Made by a program: the position numbers and the translations under genes
From: Lama guanicoe
Lineage: Eukaryota
Reading direction: 5' to 3'
Assembly (NCBI GenBank): GCA_013239625.1
Contig: MU056000.1
Span: 8,862,970-8,926,969 of the forward strand
Length of the DNA stretch: 64,000 bases
In this document: positions 1-14,514 of the stretch, piece by piece
Layout of the letters: each line of letters starts with the position of its first letter
How positions within the stretch are numbered: the stretch's first letter is position 1
The notes under the pieces: generated by a model
The model's input: only the letters and a program-made list of their open reading frames with translations
Told to the model about the DNA's origin: nothing
Databases searched by the model: none

Positions 1-960
1 ATTAAGTATGATTTTTATTGCAAATGTTTGGTAGGTAACCTTCTCCTTTTTTTCAGGTGAAAAAGCAACCTCACAATACACTGAATTTTCCCAGAGAGCT
101 TTGCCTGGAAGATAACATCAGCTTCCCTTCTCGACTGTGAATCTGGGTTAAATCCCATCAGTTGAATCAAAGCCCTCCTTCCCTCCCTAGGGCTGGGTAG
201 GACACGGCATCACAGGCATGCACGCAACACAGCCTTAACAGTTTGATCCCCATTCCTCCCCAAGATTCCTCCGCATCTTACATAGATTCTCATGGCCTTT
301 CGTTCCCTTTTGGGACCAAGAGACTTCACTCCTACCCCTAATCATTTTTCTCCTCAAGAAAGCTCCTGTCTGGGTAAAGGGGCGGAGGTATCAGGAAGGC
401 ATCAGTAAGCAAACACTCAGGTTTGACCGGCCTGGGGATTGTATGCGGCAGGAACAAATGCACATTCATTTAGCTCACCCAGAACTCCCAGTCAGGTGGG
501 AAGATGGAAAGATCATCACTACTGTTTCTCTTGCAGCTTTGGGGATCCCTTCCTTCAACAGTCACATTCCTGTCTGGCTAGGCTTTGCCATATACTTTTT
601 ATTTTAGTAACTCGGGCTCAATTTATATAGCAGGGACATTTTCTAAAAGAAGTACACCCTAACTGGAGTCTTTTTCATCCAATTTTCATAATAACAGCTT
701 TTATATTTCCCCCCTTTTAGTATGAGTGAGGGGAGTTTTCGGAAGCAGTGGAGCCGGCTGCAAGTCTTTATCTCGATACTTGGACTCAATTTCTCATTTT
801 CCAGTGGGTAATCTTTGTTAGTTTGTAATCCTAATATGAGCCAGTAAGATCCAACTAGTAGTCAATGTCTCGTTTGTTGTTTCCCACAGGAGTCTGTCTG
901 TCTCGGGGAAGTCTCCTCCGAGACAGTCAAAGCTCCTTCACAGGACAATCTGCGAAAAAA
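1..960 (-). mobile_element. Possible ancient LTR retroelement 3' end (internal remnant, PPT, LTR running off the window start)
   Basis: Plus-strand TTTCCCCCCTTTTAG at 706-720 reads CTAAAAGGGGGGAAA on the minus strand, like a polypurine tract. Minus-strand AATAAA at 14-19. Family not recognised. Confidence 0.3.
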
Positions 961-1029
961 AAATGAGAACTTTTAATTTTGTCTGTGAGTAGATCTAAGG
1001 TTAGCATGTAGGCTGCAGGAGGGACGGAG

Positions 1030-1548
1030 ATGTATGTTGGTCTGTTTCCATCCTTTCTTACCAAATATTACACTCCCTGGCCTCTGGTCTCTAGGCCAGC
1101 CAGCCAAAGTTCTCATGGATCACAAGGGGTGGACTGTAGCTGCCGTGAGAATGAGGTGCTCAGATTTCCCACTGTTAGGAGCGTGATAGGCTAGGAGTCC
1201 CAGCTGCTGCTTCTCAGTTAACCACTGCATTCAGGCTGGTGCCCCACTTCCGGTGGACTGTGCCAGGTAATGCCTGATTGTTGTCATGGCACCAACGCAG
1301 GCCCACTGGGGTGAGGTGCAGTGTCCTTCCTATGGGCTCAAGGTCTCCCAGCGGCCTGAACAATCCTTTATCGGCATCGTTAGGCAGCCATACCCTCTTC
1401 TACACCTCCCTCTCCTTTCCTTCCCCACAGATGTTAACTTGCATTGCAGTCTGAAAGCTCTCCTTACCTGCTCATCCTCTGTCCCCTAATAATTCTCTTG
1501 CACGTTTAATACTGTCTTAGAAAAAAAGTTCTCAGGCCCCAACTAATG
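1030..1548 (+). mobile_element. ERVL LTR, LTR16/LTR33-like (old)
   Basis: The 3' part (cctaataattctcttgcacgtttaatactgtctt...ccccaactaa) resembles the LTR16-family U5 end as I recall it. Boundaries approximate. Confidence 0.55.
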
Positions 1549-1619
1549 CTATGAGATAGAGCTCTAAAAAAGTTGTGTTTTTTTTTTAGTATGACATAGA
1601 ATGAAAGTAAAGAAGTCAG

Positions 1620-2088
1620 ATTCAGAATTTTTATGAATCAAAGCCAATGAACCCTTGGATCTCAATGCCATAACAAAATGAAGGTGTTTTCTTGTTTTTA
1701 AAACTGTGCAGTATGGGACTTTTTGGTTGGTGGATGTGTTCCAAATGTTGATCCAGAAATCACGTCTCTTCCATCTGTGTACTTCTTCATTTATTTAATT
1801 GAACCATAAGACACTGCTATTTTGGTAAGTCAAACAATCGCCACTATCACTGTATCTACCAAGGTAACCCTGGAAATCGTATCTATTCCTAAGGCTGATA
1901 ACCATGGGAGATTCTCCCATGTGGTAAGCCTGTCAGTAGCTCACGTATTTTCTATCTCTGTTTATTGACCTGGAATCAATCATTTACCCAATTACAACTG
2001 CAAAGGAAGCTTGGAAATATAGTCTATCGATCTCTGTGCACAGCAAAGATAAACAGTTTTGACTGATCAAGCATCAGTAATAGTCACA
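1620..2088 (-). mobile_element. MaLR LTR, MLT1J/K-like
   Basis: aactgcaaaggaagcttggaaatatagtct...gtcaca resembles the reverse-complement 5' end of old MLT1 LTRs. Confidence 0.5.
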
Positions 2089-3108
2089 GTCGGATAGCAA
2101 ATGCCATTTCATCTTTCTCACTCCTGGTGGCTGTACCCAATTCCTGGATCCAACCACAGATCAAAGATTTTGAAGGATGCAAGTCCTCTCCATCAGTCTC
2201 CGATATAAAACTTCCAAGTTTAGTGACTATAAACTAAAGAGTTAAATTGTGTGTCCTCCCCCACTTCTATCCAAATTAACCCAACGTGGAATATTGAACC
2301 AGAGACAGTATAATTGAACGAAAAACTTTTATTTCTCGTATTCCCCGGCCCAATAGTTTTCCCCTCAACTTAATGGCAGCTACCTTGAGGCTATTAGAAA
2401 TAATGGCATTAGGTGAGAAGGGCATGCTCATATATATGTCACAGGCTGAATATTAATAAGACTTTATCACGCAAAGCTGCTTGTGTCTTATTGCATACTT
2501 TTGAAATATAGAGGCAATCAGCTTTTCCAACACTTCAAAGCACTGACTTACTATTTCTAGTCACTTTTATATCTTCATATAAATAGACTAATTCTTTTCT
2601 GAGTTTATCTTTTTTTGTAACTCCTTGCTGAAAGTGGAGAGTAAAAACCTAAACACAGTATTACGCTGAATCTTTGCAAGCCCTTTCACCTAGATTTAAG
2701 CTCAGTGGTTTGCTTTCCACAGGCAGTTAATTTACTGAGTATCCTCATGCTACTGCGTAGCAGCCCACCCCCTATTTCTAGCCATCTTATTCTCCCAGTG
2801 TAACTTGGTAAAGTCTTTCAGCAGGGAGCAGGAGAGCCGTTAGAAATTCTGATATACCTTCAGTCTTAAAAATTTCCCTATTAGAATAACGTTTACCATC
2901 ACCTTTTCTGAATACTTGATTTATTCCCATGTCAATGATTACTGGAAGCGTAAAGAGCAAACCATGACTTATGAAAGGAGATTTGTCTTCCAGTCCTTAA
3001 AGTCTGAGAGTTGCTTAAAGGCATTGCCCCTCGGGCAGCTGAGAGAGAAGCCAAAACATCGCTGCTTACAGTCCTGCATGACGAAGACAATGAGAAGATG
3101 AATGGAGG

Positions 3109-3157
3109 GAGAGAGAGAGAGAGAGAGTGTGTGTGTGTGTGAGAGAGTGAGAGTGAG
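3109..3157. repeat. Compound (GA)n(GT)n microsatellite
   Basis: Seen directly. Confidence 0.95.
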
Positions 3158-6100
3158 GGCCTATGTGTGGGTGAACAAATTCTCAACTCCCATAGCAGAA
3201 AGTAAGGCCTCTGAAATTCCAACCCTTTGGGTTATTATTGATATAAAACCTTAAATCCTGTAAGTAAACTACGGAGTGATATCTTCAAAGGACATATAAC
3301 CAAAAGCAAAATCAATGAAATTTACATAGCCCAAAAACAATGTTGACACTATGATTTGTTAAATTTGATGCAAGATAGAAGCTCTAATTGTCACTACAAT
3401 TAAAACAAATAAGCTAAAATAGGGATTTAACCTCAGAAATATTATAACTTTCTTGTCTACATATTATAATAATTTTGAATATTACGTATCTTTCCTCCCC
3501 TTTCCGTGTAAAACTCTAGAGTCATTTTTTTGTTGTTGCTTGCGCACAATTAAGAGACGAATAGGAATAGAAGACGGTGTTTAGCATCTTTACTCAGAAA
3601 GAGCTGTTTCGTTTTTGAGGGAAAGCAAAAAAATTCATAAACTGTCTCTCGAATTTTTAATTTAGAATAATAATGAGGCTAAGGAAGGTGCACATAATTG
3701 GATTTCTTTTTGGCAAGTGAAAGGGTGAGAATCTGAGTAATCGCTGGAGGGAAAACACTCATGGAGAAAATAGCTATTTCTTTTACAAAGCACGAGTCTA
3801 AGAGACGGCGAAGTGAAATTATGCCATGTATCCTTATTTCCAGTTTTATCCTGGGCATTAAAGACATAAAGCAGAAAGCTATTCTAACTTACTATTTACT
3901 GTTTCCTGTGAAGGGTTGGAATTTTGTTTATTATTTAATACCTCAGGTAGAACTAATTGGATTTCCAGTCTGAATTCAAAAGTATGAAAAAAGAGGAATA
4001 TTTCTCTGTATTTGAAACACCTTTACTCTCAGTTTGTCTAGCAAGTGTTAGGGAAGGATAAAAATAAATGAATTGTTCCTCTTTTTAGATCCCTGAGGAT
4101 GCTAAATTCAAAATAAATCATTTCTTATGTACCAGACCATCTTATTTCTGCCACTGAAGATGCTAGTTTAATGTGGTGTGAAAGTGAACTGGATTGTTAA
4201 ATTATTCCAGGTTTTTAGGACCTGTGCCATTATATTGACTTCCCTATGCCTCCTTTTATCTCTATGTCCCATCTTCAACTAAATTCACACCCACACCCAA
4301 GCACTCATGCACCCACACACACTGTTTGTTGAGTTGGGAAAAAGAATTAGGTACTTTTGAGAATCACAATACACTATTCTTTGGTATTGTTTTAATTTCA
4401 GTCTATTGAGATTGAGATAATTGTGTTCTGGGCCAGAATAATAATCAAGCAAAACATGGTAATGACATACGAAAATTTAAAGGGCTTAAAGTCAAATATA
4501 CCACTTTTACAATGTTTAAATACACTACTCTTATTTTAAGATCTGCATAAGATGAGCTAATTAGGAAAATATATGAAAATAGAGGATTAATTTTTTGTGG
4601 TTGATGACCATCTGGACACAGGCAGTTTGCACTGAGAGAGAACAGATTAGCATCCCTGACATTGTGTCTGTTACATGGTCAGTATTTTCAATAAAATTAT
4701 TCAATTTAAAAATATTTTGAAAGCGCTTTAGATGTAAGTGCTGACGCTGAGGGTCAGCAGAAGTATAATTTTCATGAAGGCAAAGTGCTGCAGAGTTCCA
4801 ACATGACAGCTGCCAGCACTATGAAAGACCACGGATCTCTTTATCTGCATAATAGTTCCTCTCGTCTGACTTTAGCTCTAAATTGTGCACAGACAATAGA
4901 AACTTATATTCCTCTTAATCAGCGCAGTGAGCTTTCTCCAGAAATGACTTTTGGAAAAGGACAAAAAAGAGACACTTGTTCTTTAAAATTAAATGACATG
5001 AAGGATGGTATCATATGTTTAGAATTTCTTACATTTAATATTGAACAGAATAGTATCCGATGTGCCAGTGGTGACCAGGACATGTGGCAAGTGGAGATTT
5101 TGTTGTCCTTCTCGTATACATTTAGTAGGTTTTGAAAATCTCCAATATATTAATGAATGTTGCAAGCATTGGTTACGACAAATCTTTTTACTGTTTAGAT
5201 TCCTAGATGAAGATAATCTTTAGCTTGTAGTTTTAATTCTTAATACCCAGATCACAGAGGTGTAATTGATGAAAGCATTTATGTTTTCCTTGGTTTTAGA
5301 TATTTTACTTTTAACATGACTGAGTACAAAAAGTAGATTGAACTGTAAATTATTGCCTTGTTGTAGGTCTAAACACTTGATTATCAGAAATTCTCTTCTG
5401 TTGAAACTAATACAGCTTAAAAATCACAGTAAATGATGACATTTACATACTTCAATATTGGCGCTCTATAGGCTTAAAACAAAGTGTTTGGTCTCTTATG
5501 GAATACCCACATTCTATTAAAATATATGGGCCATTTATCCACAGTGGCCAAAAAGTTCAGAGTGTTTGACAGGTAATATCAAATATATAGAAAAATATAA
5601 TTTTAATATTAATGCTTGATTAGTCTATTTTAAAAGGCTTCTTGCAGACCCACGAGAATCCAAGCATCAAATCTGGAATGACTTCTGTGTACAAGTCATT
5701 ATTCTCAATCTTATATTCCTTGTGTCATTTTTAAAGTTATCTAATAACTATGTGCAGTAATAACAATTTTTGGGGTGGAACTGCAATTGGTTCTCTCTGC
5801 ATGTATGTATATATGCCTTTATTTGGTATTTTTAATAATCAGTGAGACACTACTGAGATTCTGCAAGGAAATGTACTTTAAAAGACTTTGAAGAATAGTC
5901 CACTGACGCAAAATGAGTATTCTAACAATGCTGCCTATTAGATTTACGCTGCTAATAAAATTTTAAAATTTAGAACATTTTTATCGGTATTTTTCTTTTC
6001 TAAATCTATATCTTTCTTTTCTATATTTATGTGTATATCAGTATGTATGTTGGTGTCTGTCTACACGCCTGTGTATTTAGTCCTTTCACGTGGAAGACTT

Positions 6101-7719
6101 AGGTGTCGTTAGCAATGATAACAGCTCATACTGATAAATCAATGCACTCAGCTTAGGGACTGTCATGTTATTCACTCATCTGCCTTATCTCCGTATCTTT
6201 TTATTTTTGATATTTTGTTACATTTCTTTACAGTGTTTTAACTGTTTACCTGTTTGTTGTAAACAAAATGGAAAGGGAAGAATATTTAAGTTGTCAGCAA
6301 CAGTATACCTCTTACTTAGAGGGCTGGCACACCCATGATTTGAAGAGTAGAGGACAGGGTTTTATCATTCTATTTTAAGTTTTATTTAATTAGCTTGATA
6401 TTCCATACCCTCTTGCTAAGTGCCACGTAACAGAGTATCGAGTACAGATTGTAAGGATTTTTCTCCCCCAAGGGCTGTAACATGATTTCTCACTTTCTGA
6501 ACTGAGGAGATCATGGGGACATCTGTGTTGCTTGGTATTTTTTCCCCTGAGATTTGTATTTTCTAATGGCAGTAGGTTAATAAGAGAAAACTATTGAGAT
6601 CACAAAATTTACCATTGAAATATACCTGAATTTTTACTGACAACTGGATATTGAGGTGCATATCCTCCACCTTCTGGTGATGGAGATTGCTCTTAATTAA
6701 TAGTTTTCCATTTTTCTTCTTTGTCTTAACTTTCTCCTTGCTGCCTAAGTCAAATTTTAGGTGCTAAATTCATTATCTACACTTCACTCAAAGACAGTCA
6801 TCTCCCCTTTGTAAGAGAATTTTACCTCTTACTTTCACAAAGCTCAGTGAATGAGTCCGTTCTCTCACACAGTTGTGGATTATCTAGCCCACGGAGAACT
6901 ATGCCTTGTCTGTGACTCCTTTCCTCAGGCTTGCTACCCAATCTTGGTCCCATCCTAGCCGTCTAAAGGGAGAAGAGGACAAATTTACAGAGTAAATTCT
7001 GAAAAAATATGACAGGGAGGTTGATGTAGTGTAGGTTTAAAACATCAGAGCTATCTTTTCCTTAACGTGACCCGATTATCTTCGTGATCTTAGAAATGAC
7101 TGCTCTCACCTTCACGTTTGGAGAATAGGACAGGATTGCGATAAGAGAGCTTTTAGGTTCTTCTAGAAGTTAATGTGCCACCAAGAACAGTGTCATACTA
7201 GAAACCAGCTCTGGTGGGCACAGTAACCTACATTTAGTAATGAAGGAAGATGAGAGAGAAGACATACAATTGTGTGTCCTACTTTGATTGTATGATTAAA
7301 TGTTTGAAAGTGTCTTCTTTTCTTCAAGTCACTTATCTGAGCAAGAGCTAGCTTTGTCTCTGGGTTTATTCATTGAGAACTGAGACAGATTTCAATTCTA
7401 TCAAAATAATGATTTTTATGTATATGGCAATTAAAGTTATCTATTCAAAGGATGATAGTAATTTTCCTTCAATGTGCTAACGTAGGGAGATATTGACTTT
7501 GAATAGACTCTTCAGGATAATAAAGTAAAATGACATTCCAAAGATTAAATTCATACTTTAAAATATAATTTTTATTGTTCTAGCATGAGAACAAGGGTGA
7601 GAAATCTATAAGACTTTAAGATGTATGAACATATTGGAAATGAAACTTTGCTTTGATTTACAGAGAAAAAGCAGCTCCACGTGTCTCTTAGACTCTTTGT
7701 GTGTCTTCCTTTTTGCTCA

Positions 7720-8580
7720 ATGAGCTATTGCCTGAAGTTTTCTTCTGACTTGCTTTCTAGTTTACTTTTTCTCTTTAGTTTTTTTACTGTACCATTAAAC
7801 CTATCTATTTCATGAGTCTCTAATTTTAGTCTTTGCATTAATCGCTTCCAGAGTTGCCATTTCATTCTGGATAGCATCAAATTTTCCACTGAAATTCTTC
7901 TTGTTATTTAATTTCTTGAAGGTATTAAGCCCTGTTATTTTAAAGTCCTTTCCTGAGAACTCCAGTATCTGGACTTCCTTTAGCATGTTACATTATCTCT
8001 TTTCCTTTCTCATTTCTCAGCCCATCTATTCTTTCACATGTCTATTATTTCTCCCCTATGTGTTGAGCATTGTGATGAAAAATTTTAGATGAGATATGAT
8101 GCTTTGTATGATATTTCCATTTTGAAGAAAGATTTGCATTTGCTTTGGGTTGACAGTTCTGAAGAGGCAGATCCCCTGATCTAATCAAAGATTAGGCTGG
8201 CCCAGGAGGGCTAATTCATTTTTGCTTCTTCTTTTCTTTTAGTATATAGCCCTTTGCTATTTCCAAAATAACACCATGGAATGTGGACTAGCTCACCATT
8301 CCAAATGTGTCCTCTTATTCTTGTGAGACAGCCAAGAACTTGAGAAGAAAAAGTGATATCCAATATTGGGCTTACCTTGCTGGACATCTCTTCTCTCTGA
8401 GATCTTCTTGTCCTTTCAAATCCTTTGTGACTTGCAAGTTTACTTATGCCTTCAACAGGTGTGTGTGTGTGTGTGTGTGTGTTGTGTGTACACATGTGCA
8501 CGTGTGTGTATGTTTTGTATTTGTCCACCTTTTCTACTTTTTCTCTTTATGAAGTTGAGTTTGAAATAAACTCATCTGCA
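7720..8580 (-). mobile_element. Old L1 (L1M/L1ME) 5' UTR/ORF1-region fragment, containing (GT)n at about 8459-8510
   Basis: T-rich degenerate sequence (ttattttaaagtcctttcctgagaactccagtatctgg) typical of antisense L1M 5' regions. Confidence 0.55.
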
Positions 8581-10199
8581 TATCTAGGAAGAAGACACTC
8601 CTTATGAATAATTAGATTGTATTAAAGCCAAAATGCCTGGAATTGTGCATAATCTTACCAGAATTAATATGTAGATATATGGAATTTTCTCTATAATGTC
8701 CTCTACATTGTTCGTCTTACCAAAGTCAGGCTATTTGTCATCACATTAAGGATATGAATAGAGGCTGTTTTCTCCTTGAGTCAGATAATGGAACATAGTT
8801 TCCAAAATGATGCAACATATTTTGTATATAATGTGTATGACAGGAAAAAATACAATATTCTCACCTATCTTGTGATTTCACAAATATTATTACTTAAGAT
8901 TATATTAAACTTGGGAATAACCCTATTTGGTGTGAGATAAAAAAATAGTTCCATATATACGATCTACAGCTAGGTAGATATTTGTAAAGGTGTTAGGCTG
9001 AAGACTAAACTTTGTGATAAGAACTCAGTTTTTCTATTGCTAAAGATTGGGACTCTGGATAATTGGTCATCAATGTACATTGATTTGCACAAGAGCTTTG
9101 GCTGGGAGGGATAAATTACAGGGCTGACTCTTGGAGCAGCTTTGAGAGTGAGGGAAAAGTGAAGATTATTGGGTAATGCCCAGAGATACCTGGCCCAAAT
9201 TTCTAAGACAGTGGTTCCCATTAAAGATGAGCTTTGTCTTTGAAAGTGCCTGGAAATGACTTGAAGGCGGGAGCAGAAAGAAGGATGTTGTCTAAGCATG
9301 CAGTAGTGATGTTAGGTTAGAATCCTGCCAGCTTGAATTGCGATCTTCTAGAAAATGAGAATTGCACGTGCCCTGCAGGTGTGGGCAGGCCAGGAGACCC
9401 TGAGTGTTAGGAGCAATACCTATTCCTTCTGATCTAGGGTCTTAGCAATCAACCGTCCTGGCAGAGAAGTGGCTAACTGCTCTAAGAGATGTGACTGACT
9501 CTGTTCTACAGGCTTTTGTGGAAATGTTTTCTCAATGCATGGAGATCCTAATATCCCCAAAGATCAAATATCCCGAAGGATCCCAAAGGATCACCTGGAA
9601 TTTACACTTGTGAGATGTCTTGAGCTGAGCAAGCTGAGGAGCTCTGAGAACTGGCACGCAGTTACACCTGGATGAACGTATAAGGAAAATGCTAAGATAG
9701 GGAGAAACGTACATGGGTAGGACTTAGATACCCAGAACACATATCAGTACAATCTGTAAATATTTCTGCATATGATACAATGCTTATTATTATGAGACTA
9801 ACAAGAGACAAAATGGACACATTGATGCCTGTATTAATGCTAAAACAGACACATTTCTATTTTGTTATTTAAACAATAAAACAATTTATTTAGATTATTT
9901 GTCAGTAAGTACCTGTGTAGCTAATTGATTATCACTGGTAGAGAGGGGCTCCAGAATAAAATAAGGCTGATTCCTAAAGCTCCAACTCACTATGCAGTAG
10001 AGAATGATTTAGGTTTAATAAAAATCAAATTTAATTATTGTGTAAGCATTGATAATAAAAAGAAACAAATGAACTCCAGCGTGTGTGTAGAGCAACTTTA
10101 AAAGGTACTCAGTTTACATAAAACCAGGGCTTCTGTTTGTATTTTTTAAATCCCTAAAAGTATCATGAGAGACTTTATGCTTAGAACAATAGTATTTGA

Positions 10200-10333
10200 T
10201 GACTTCATTTATAAATATTTATTTAGCAAACACCTATTATGTATTCTAGGCACAGAGTACATACGAGTGAATAAAACAGAGAAAAATCCTTGCTGAAATG
10301 AAGCTTATGAAGCTGATATTCTGGTGTGGGGAG
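10200..10333 (-). mobile_element. L2 3' end
   Basis: tcatttataaatatttatttagcaaacacctattatgtattctaggcac...gtgaataaaacaga is the typical antisense L2 tail. Confidence 0.75.
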
Positions 10334-10341
10334 ACTGTACA

Positions 10342-10385
10342 CTCACACACACAGACACACACATACACAGACACACACACACACT
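10342..10385. repeat. (CA)n microsatellite, imperfect
   Basis: Seen directly. Confidence 0.9.
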
Positions 10386-10542
10386 TTATAGAATCAACAG
10401 TCTTACTTTTCCAAGACGCTTAGTAGATAACATGAAGTTGTATACTCATTCAAACAAAACAAGGGTAGGCAATGAAAGTACAAGGCTGGAAGAGGTGTAC
10501 TACAGTTTACAAGGGAATGAACTTAGCTGTGCTGCCTGGAAT

Positions 10543-11149
10543 TGTTGGAGCAGGCAGATAGCTAGATTTGAGCAGAGAGAGGAGGATGCTTGCCAAATGG
10601 CAGGAAACCCTACATCATGTAAACATGCTGGTCCCTGGGCAGACAGAGAAAAGTAGGAACCTCTGGACTGATAAGAGATCACACATTTTGGGGTGACAAG
10701 TGCCCTGGAGGCCAACAAAGAAAGGTGGAAACAGTCAGGGGTCTCCAGTGTCCTAATGTAACCTAGATGCTCATTATGCCCTCATTACAATAAAATTAGC
10801 CTTGCAGATCAGAAGCACCCATCATGCACTGACACCATGACGCTTCCAATCCAGACTCAATAAGGACAAAACTCCCTCCTTCCCTTGGGAAGGTGGAGCT
10901 GGGATGGAAATCAGGCACTATGACCCCAAGCTCTTCCCTCCCCAGTGAATGGCCCATCCATTCATTCTTACACTCTATGTAACCAGCTTGCCAAAGAAAC
11001 TCAGGGCAGCTGCTCACCTGAGCCTGCCTGCTCTCCCCTTGAGAGTGTACTATCCATCCCTTAATAAATCCTCACTTTACTTTCTTGACGTCCTTGTCTT
11101 GCCTCTGGATTCTTTCTGCAATGAGACAAGAACCTAATTACCGGCAACA
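10543..11149 (+). mobile_element. ERV1-class solo LTR (family A, MER4-group/MER50-like start)
   Basis: Termini TGTTG...CAACA. Perfect 4-bp TSD GAAT (10539-10542 and 11150-11153). AATAAA at 11063-11068. Homologous to the reverse complement of 39195-39837. Confidence 0.93.
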
Positions 11150-11159
11150 GAATCTTTAA

Positions 11160-12990
11160 ATTCATGGTCATGCACCTCAAATTGCCCCCTCACACTACTC
11201 AGCAAATATGCCTCTTTTCTTCACGGCCCCATATTCCATGGATATTTAATAACTTTTCCTCTTTTCATAAGCCCTTAATATCTTTTTTTCCCCATCCTCA
11301 CACTTAGCTGTCCTTCTACCATTGCTTTTTCACTAAGTAAATTAAAGTTATCAGAAAATAAAGTTCACAGACTCAAACAATCTCCCTCCATCCACATCTT
11401 TCTCCACACACGATAGCTTCCTGCTTGATACCCCAGATCTATGCTTTCCAGTCCAGTAGCTACTGGCTGCACGTGGCTATGGAGCATCTGAAATGAGGCT
11501 AGTCCAAATTGAGTTGTACTCTAAGTATAAAATCCACATCAGATTTCAAAGAGAGTATGAAAGATTGAGTGCAGAGTATCCCATTTAATTTGTTATACTG
11601 ATGAAATGTTGAAATCATATTTTGGATCTACTGGGTTAAAGAATATTAAAAATAAGTTCCACCTGCTTCTTTTTACTTTTTCAAATGTGGTTATTAGAAA
11701 ATCTACAATCCTCTATCTGCTCACTTTATAATTCCATTAGGGAGCACTGTTCAAGAAGAATTCAGATTTCTGTCTTGAGTGGATCTCTCCTCTTTCACAG
11801 AAAACATACGTACCTAAGAGCGTAGCACCAGCATGTCCGCATCGCCAGTTGGTTCCCCCATCTCCTGCATCATATTTTGTAGCATGTATGTATGTTATTA
11901 CTCATCTCTGACAGAATTACTTCACTAGTTTCCAGAACACCTCATTCACACGACCTCCCTCCATCTTCACGTTACTCCTTCTCACTCTCTATTTCCGGAA
12001 CAGTCTGTTCCCTCTAAGCACTAATGTTTGATATGTCCTGATCACTTTGGTCTTTCCTTTACACTTACTGTTCTGGTGATCTTATGTAGCCGCAAGAACT
12101 TTCAGCTCTTGTTTCCCGCCTGGCCTCTGTAAGAGCCCCAGACGGATATGTGTGAGTGCCTACCAGCGTTTTCTTTTTATGTCTCTAATTAGCCTATCAC
12201 TTTTGCCGTCTCCAAAACTGACATTCTGATTCCCCAGACTCCACACCTGCCCCAGGTGCTGTTTCCCTCCTCCCAGCTGATGCCACCCCCCCCCACTGTT
12301 CGGACTAAAACTCTCCGGGGAGGCATTTTTAAGTCCTCTTTTCCCTCACTTCTCATATTCTATCAGGCAACAAATCGTGTTGTCTCCAATTTCAAAATAC
12401 AATAAAAATGCCAGCCACTTCTCACTCCCTCCACTGCCATATCTGGAAATGCGCAACTCTCCTCTCTGCCCCCGGTCCTCGAATAGCCGCTGGACTGGAC
12501 TCTCTGGTCCTACTCCTGTTCCCTGTTGTGTGTAATCCTCTTGAAGCCAGAGACTTTCTTTTTGAATACAAATCAGATCATATTGCTTTTCGACTTAAAG
12601 CCTGGCAGTGGTTCTCTGTTACATTCAAACAAAACCTAATAAGCTTGCAAGGATATGCCTGTAAAAACTCCACCCTTTCTCCCCTCAACCCTCTCCATCG
12701 TTTTCTCTCCGCACTAAGTTCCTACTAACCAGCCTTCTTCCAAAGTCTGCTGAAGCCACATGGTCTCCTTTCCATTCCTTGGAAAGAGATCAGGTACATC
12801 TCTGCTTGACAAGTTGGCACTGGCTATTTGCTCTGCTTGAAAAGTTTGTCCCCCAGGTTACAGTGTAGGATAATGTGTTTCCCTACTTCAAGGCTTTGTT
12901 CAAATGCCGTCTTCCTGATGAGGCCACTGGGCAAATGAATAAGAATCCTCTTGCCATTCCCCACGTCCATGTCCATGCCTTTCTGATAAA
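11160..12990 (+). mobile_element. L2 (L2a-like) fragments, interrupted by MER33
   Basis: C/T-rich L2 motifs such as aaatcagatcatattgct...cttaaagcctggcagtggttctc and ttcaaatgccgtcttcctgatgaggcc. Confidence 0.75.
11438..11749 (-). mobile_element. hAT-Charlie MITE, MER33
   Basis: Matches the reverse complement of the MER33 consensus as recalled (gtggctatggagcatctgaaatgaggctagtccaaattgag...cacctgcttctttttactttttcaaatgtgg). Confidence 0.85.
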
Positions 12991-14440
12991 CTGTTCTCTC
13001 ACTAAGGTATGGAAAACTTGATCTTTCAAAATTCAGAGATGGACGCTCAGGCACTTAGGTTAAGCCATCATGAATCCATGCCCCACTCTTCTGCCATCAG
13101 CAACAAGATTTCTTGTGCTTGACTGCCAGCGGTCTTCTAGAAAGCTAGAAGAGATAATGAATATTTTCCATCATAAACTTTCTTTGAACTTTTCAGGGAA
13201 AAACCTGGGGAGTAAGAGAACAGGGGAAAGAAAAATCAGGGGTTTTCATTGATAATGGCGTGTGAAGAGAGGATGAAGATTGATTACACTATAAGGAGGC
13301 TTCTACTGGAGTTTGCATTCTCTTTGCTGCCTGGAATGCCTGAAGCAAAGCTTGTGTTTTCCTGGTGGATGTCACACTAGACACAGAGTTATGCTCTTCG
13401 GCACAGAGACCCTGGCTGAAGTAAGCAAGGTTTTTAAAAGGAAAGTGCATGCTTGTGAATACACAGTATTTCTAATACTACAGCATTTTGCTATTTTTTT
13501 AAAGTCAGTTTTGTTTCTAATAGGTTAAAGAAGTCACTAAATTAAAAAACAAAAACAAAAACATTTAAAACAATGAGAAGAAAAGAAAGCCTGAATCAGG
13601 AAGCATTGTTCACTTCATTAGCAAAGGTAACCTTTACAGCATCTTGTGTTTCATTAGCAGAGATGTCCAGAACCTGTAAATAATTCTCACAACTTGCGTT
13701 TTCCCTTTCTTTTTATCCTTTCGGTGTTAATTGAAACATTTTATCTCTTGTAGCTAATATTGTGAGTTTTTTAAAAGTCATATTCTATCTCTTTCTAAGT
13801 CTAGAGTTAAAGTTAATTAAGACTCATGCAGTGATTTTCTTGAATCAATGCCAGTGGGAGAGTAACTTCTGTGTACTACCTTTGAATTCAACTGCACTAG
13901 ATATACTGGGATCTTCAGGGACCCAGACTATTTTATTAGATCAAAGACTCAATCAAAAGCATGTTCTCAAAATTCTTGGACTCTAAACATGGTAAACTGA
14001 CTTTTTGGGGGTATTTATTTACTATTTAAAAAAATGTACCACCTCAGCTCTTCCTGTATCAGAATGACTTTTATAATTGTAAAATAGTAGAATTAACTTC
14101 TGTCCAATTTGATCATTCCAGTTGGTGGTCTGAACTTTATCAGGAAAGACCTCCACCACTTTCAGACCCGTTTGTATGCTCGGCATATATTTTCTATATT
14201 TTTAAAATTTGTTTTATGGACCAATGTGAATATAGAGAATGAGATTTTGTGAAGGAAAAGCCGGGCTGGGCTAACAAGGTAACTCACAAATCTAAGTATT
14301 AGAATACTGATCTGAGTTCTGCTAGACTAACTTGTAAATCTAAGTTAACTAGTGTTGGTTTGCTGTTCATGTTGCTTTGCTAGCCAGCTGGATTTTCAAA
14401 GATACATATCTGGCTTTGGAATGTTGGTTTGCTGCCTCCC

Positions 14441-14514
14441 NNNNNNNNNNNNNNNNNNNNNNNNNNNNNNNNNNNNNNNNNNNNNNNNNNNNNNNNNNNN
14501 NNNNNNNNNNNNNN
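14441..14514. other. Assembly gap (74 N)
   Basis: Seen directly. Confidence 1.
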
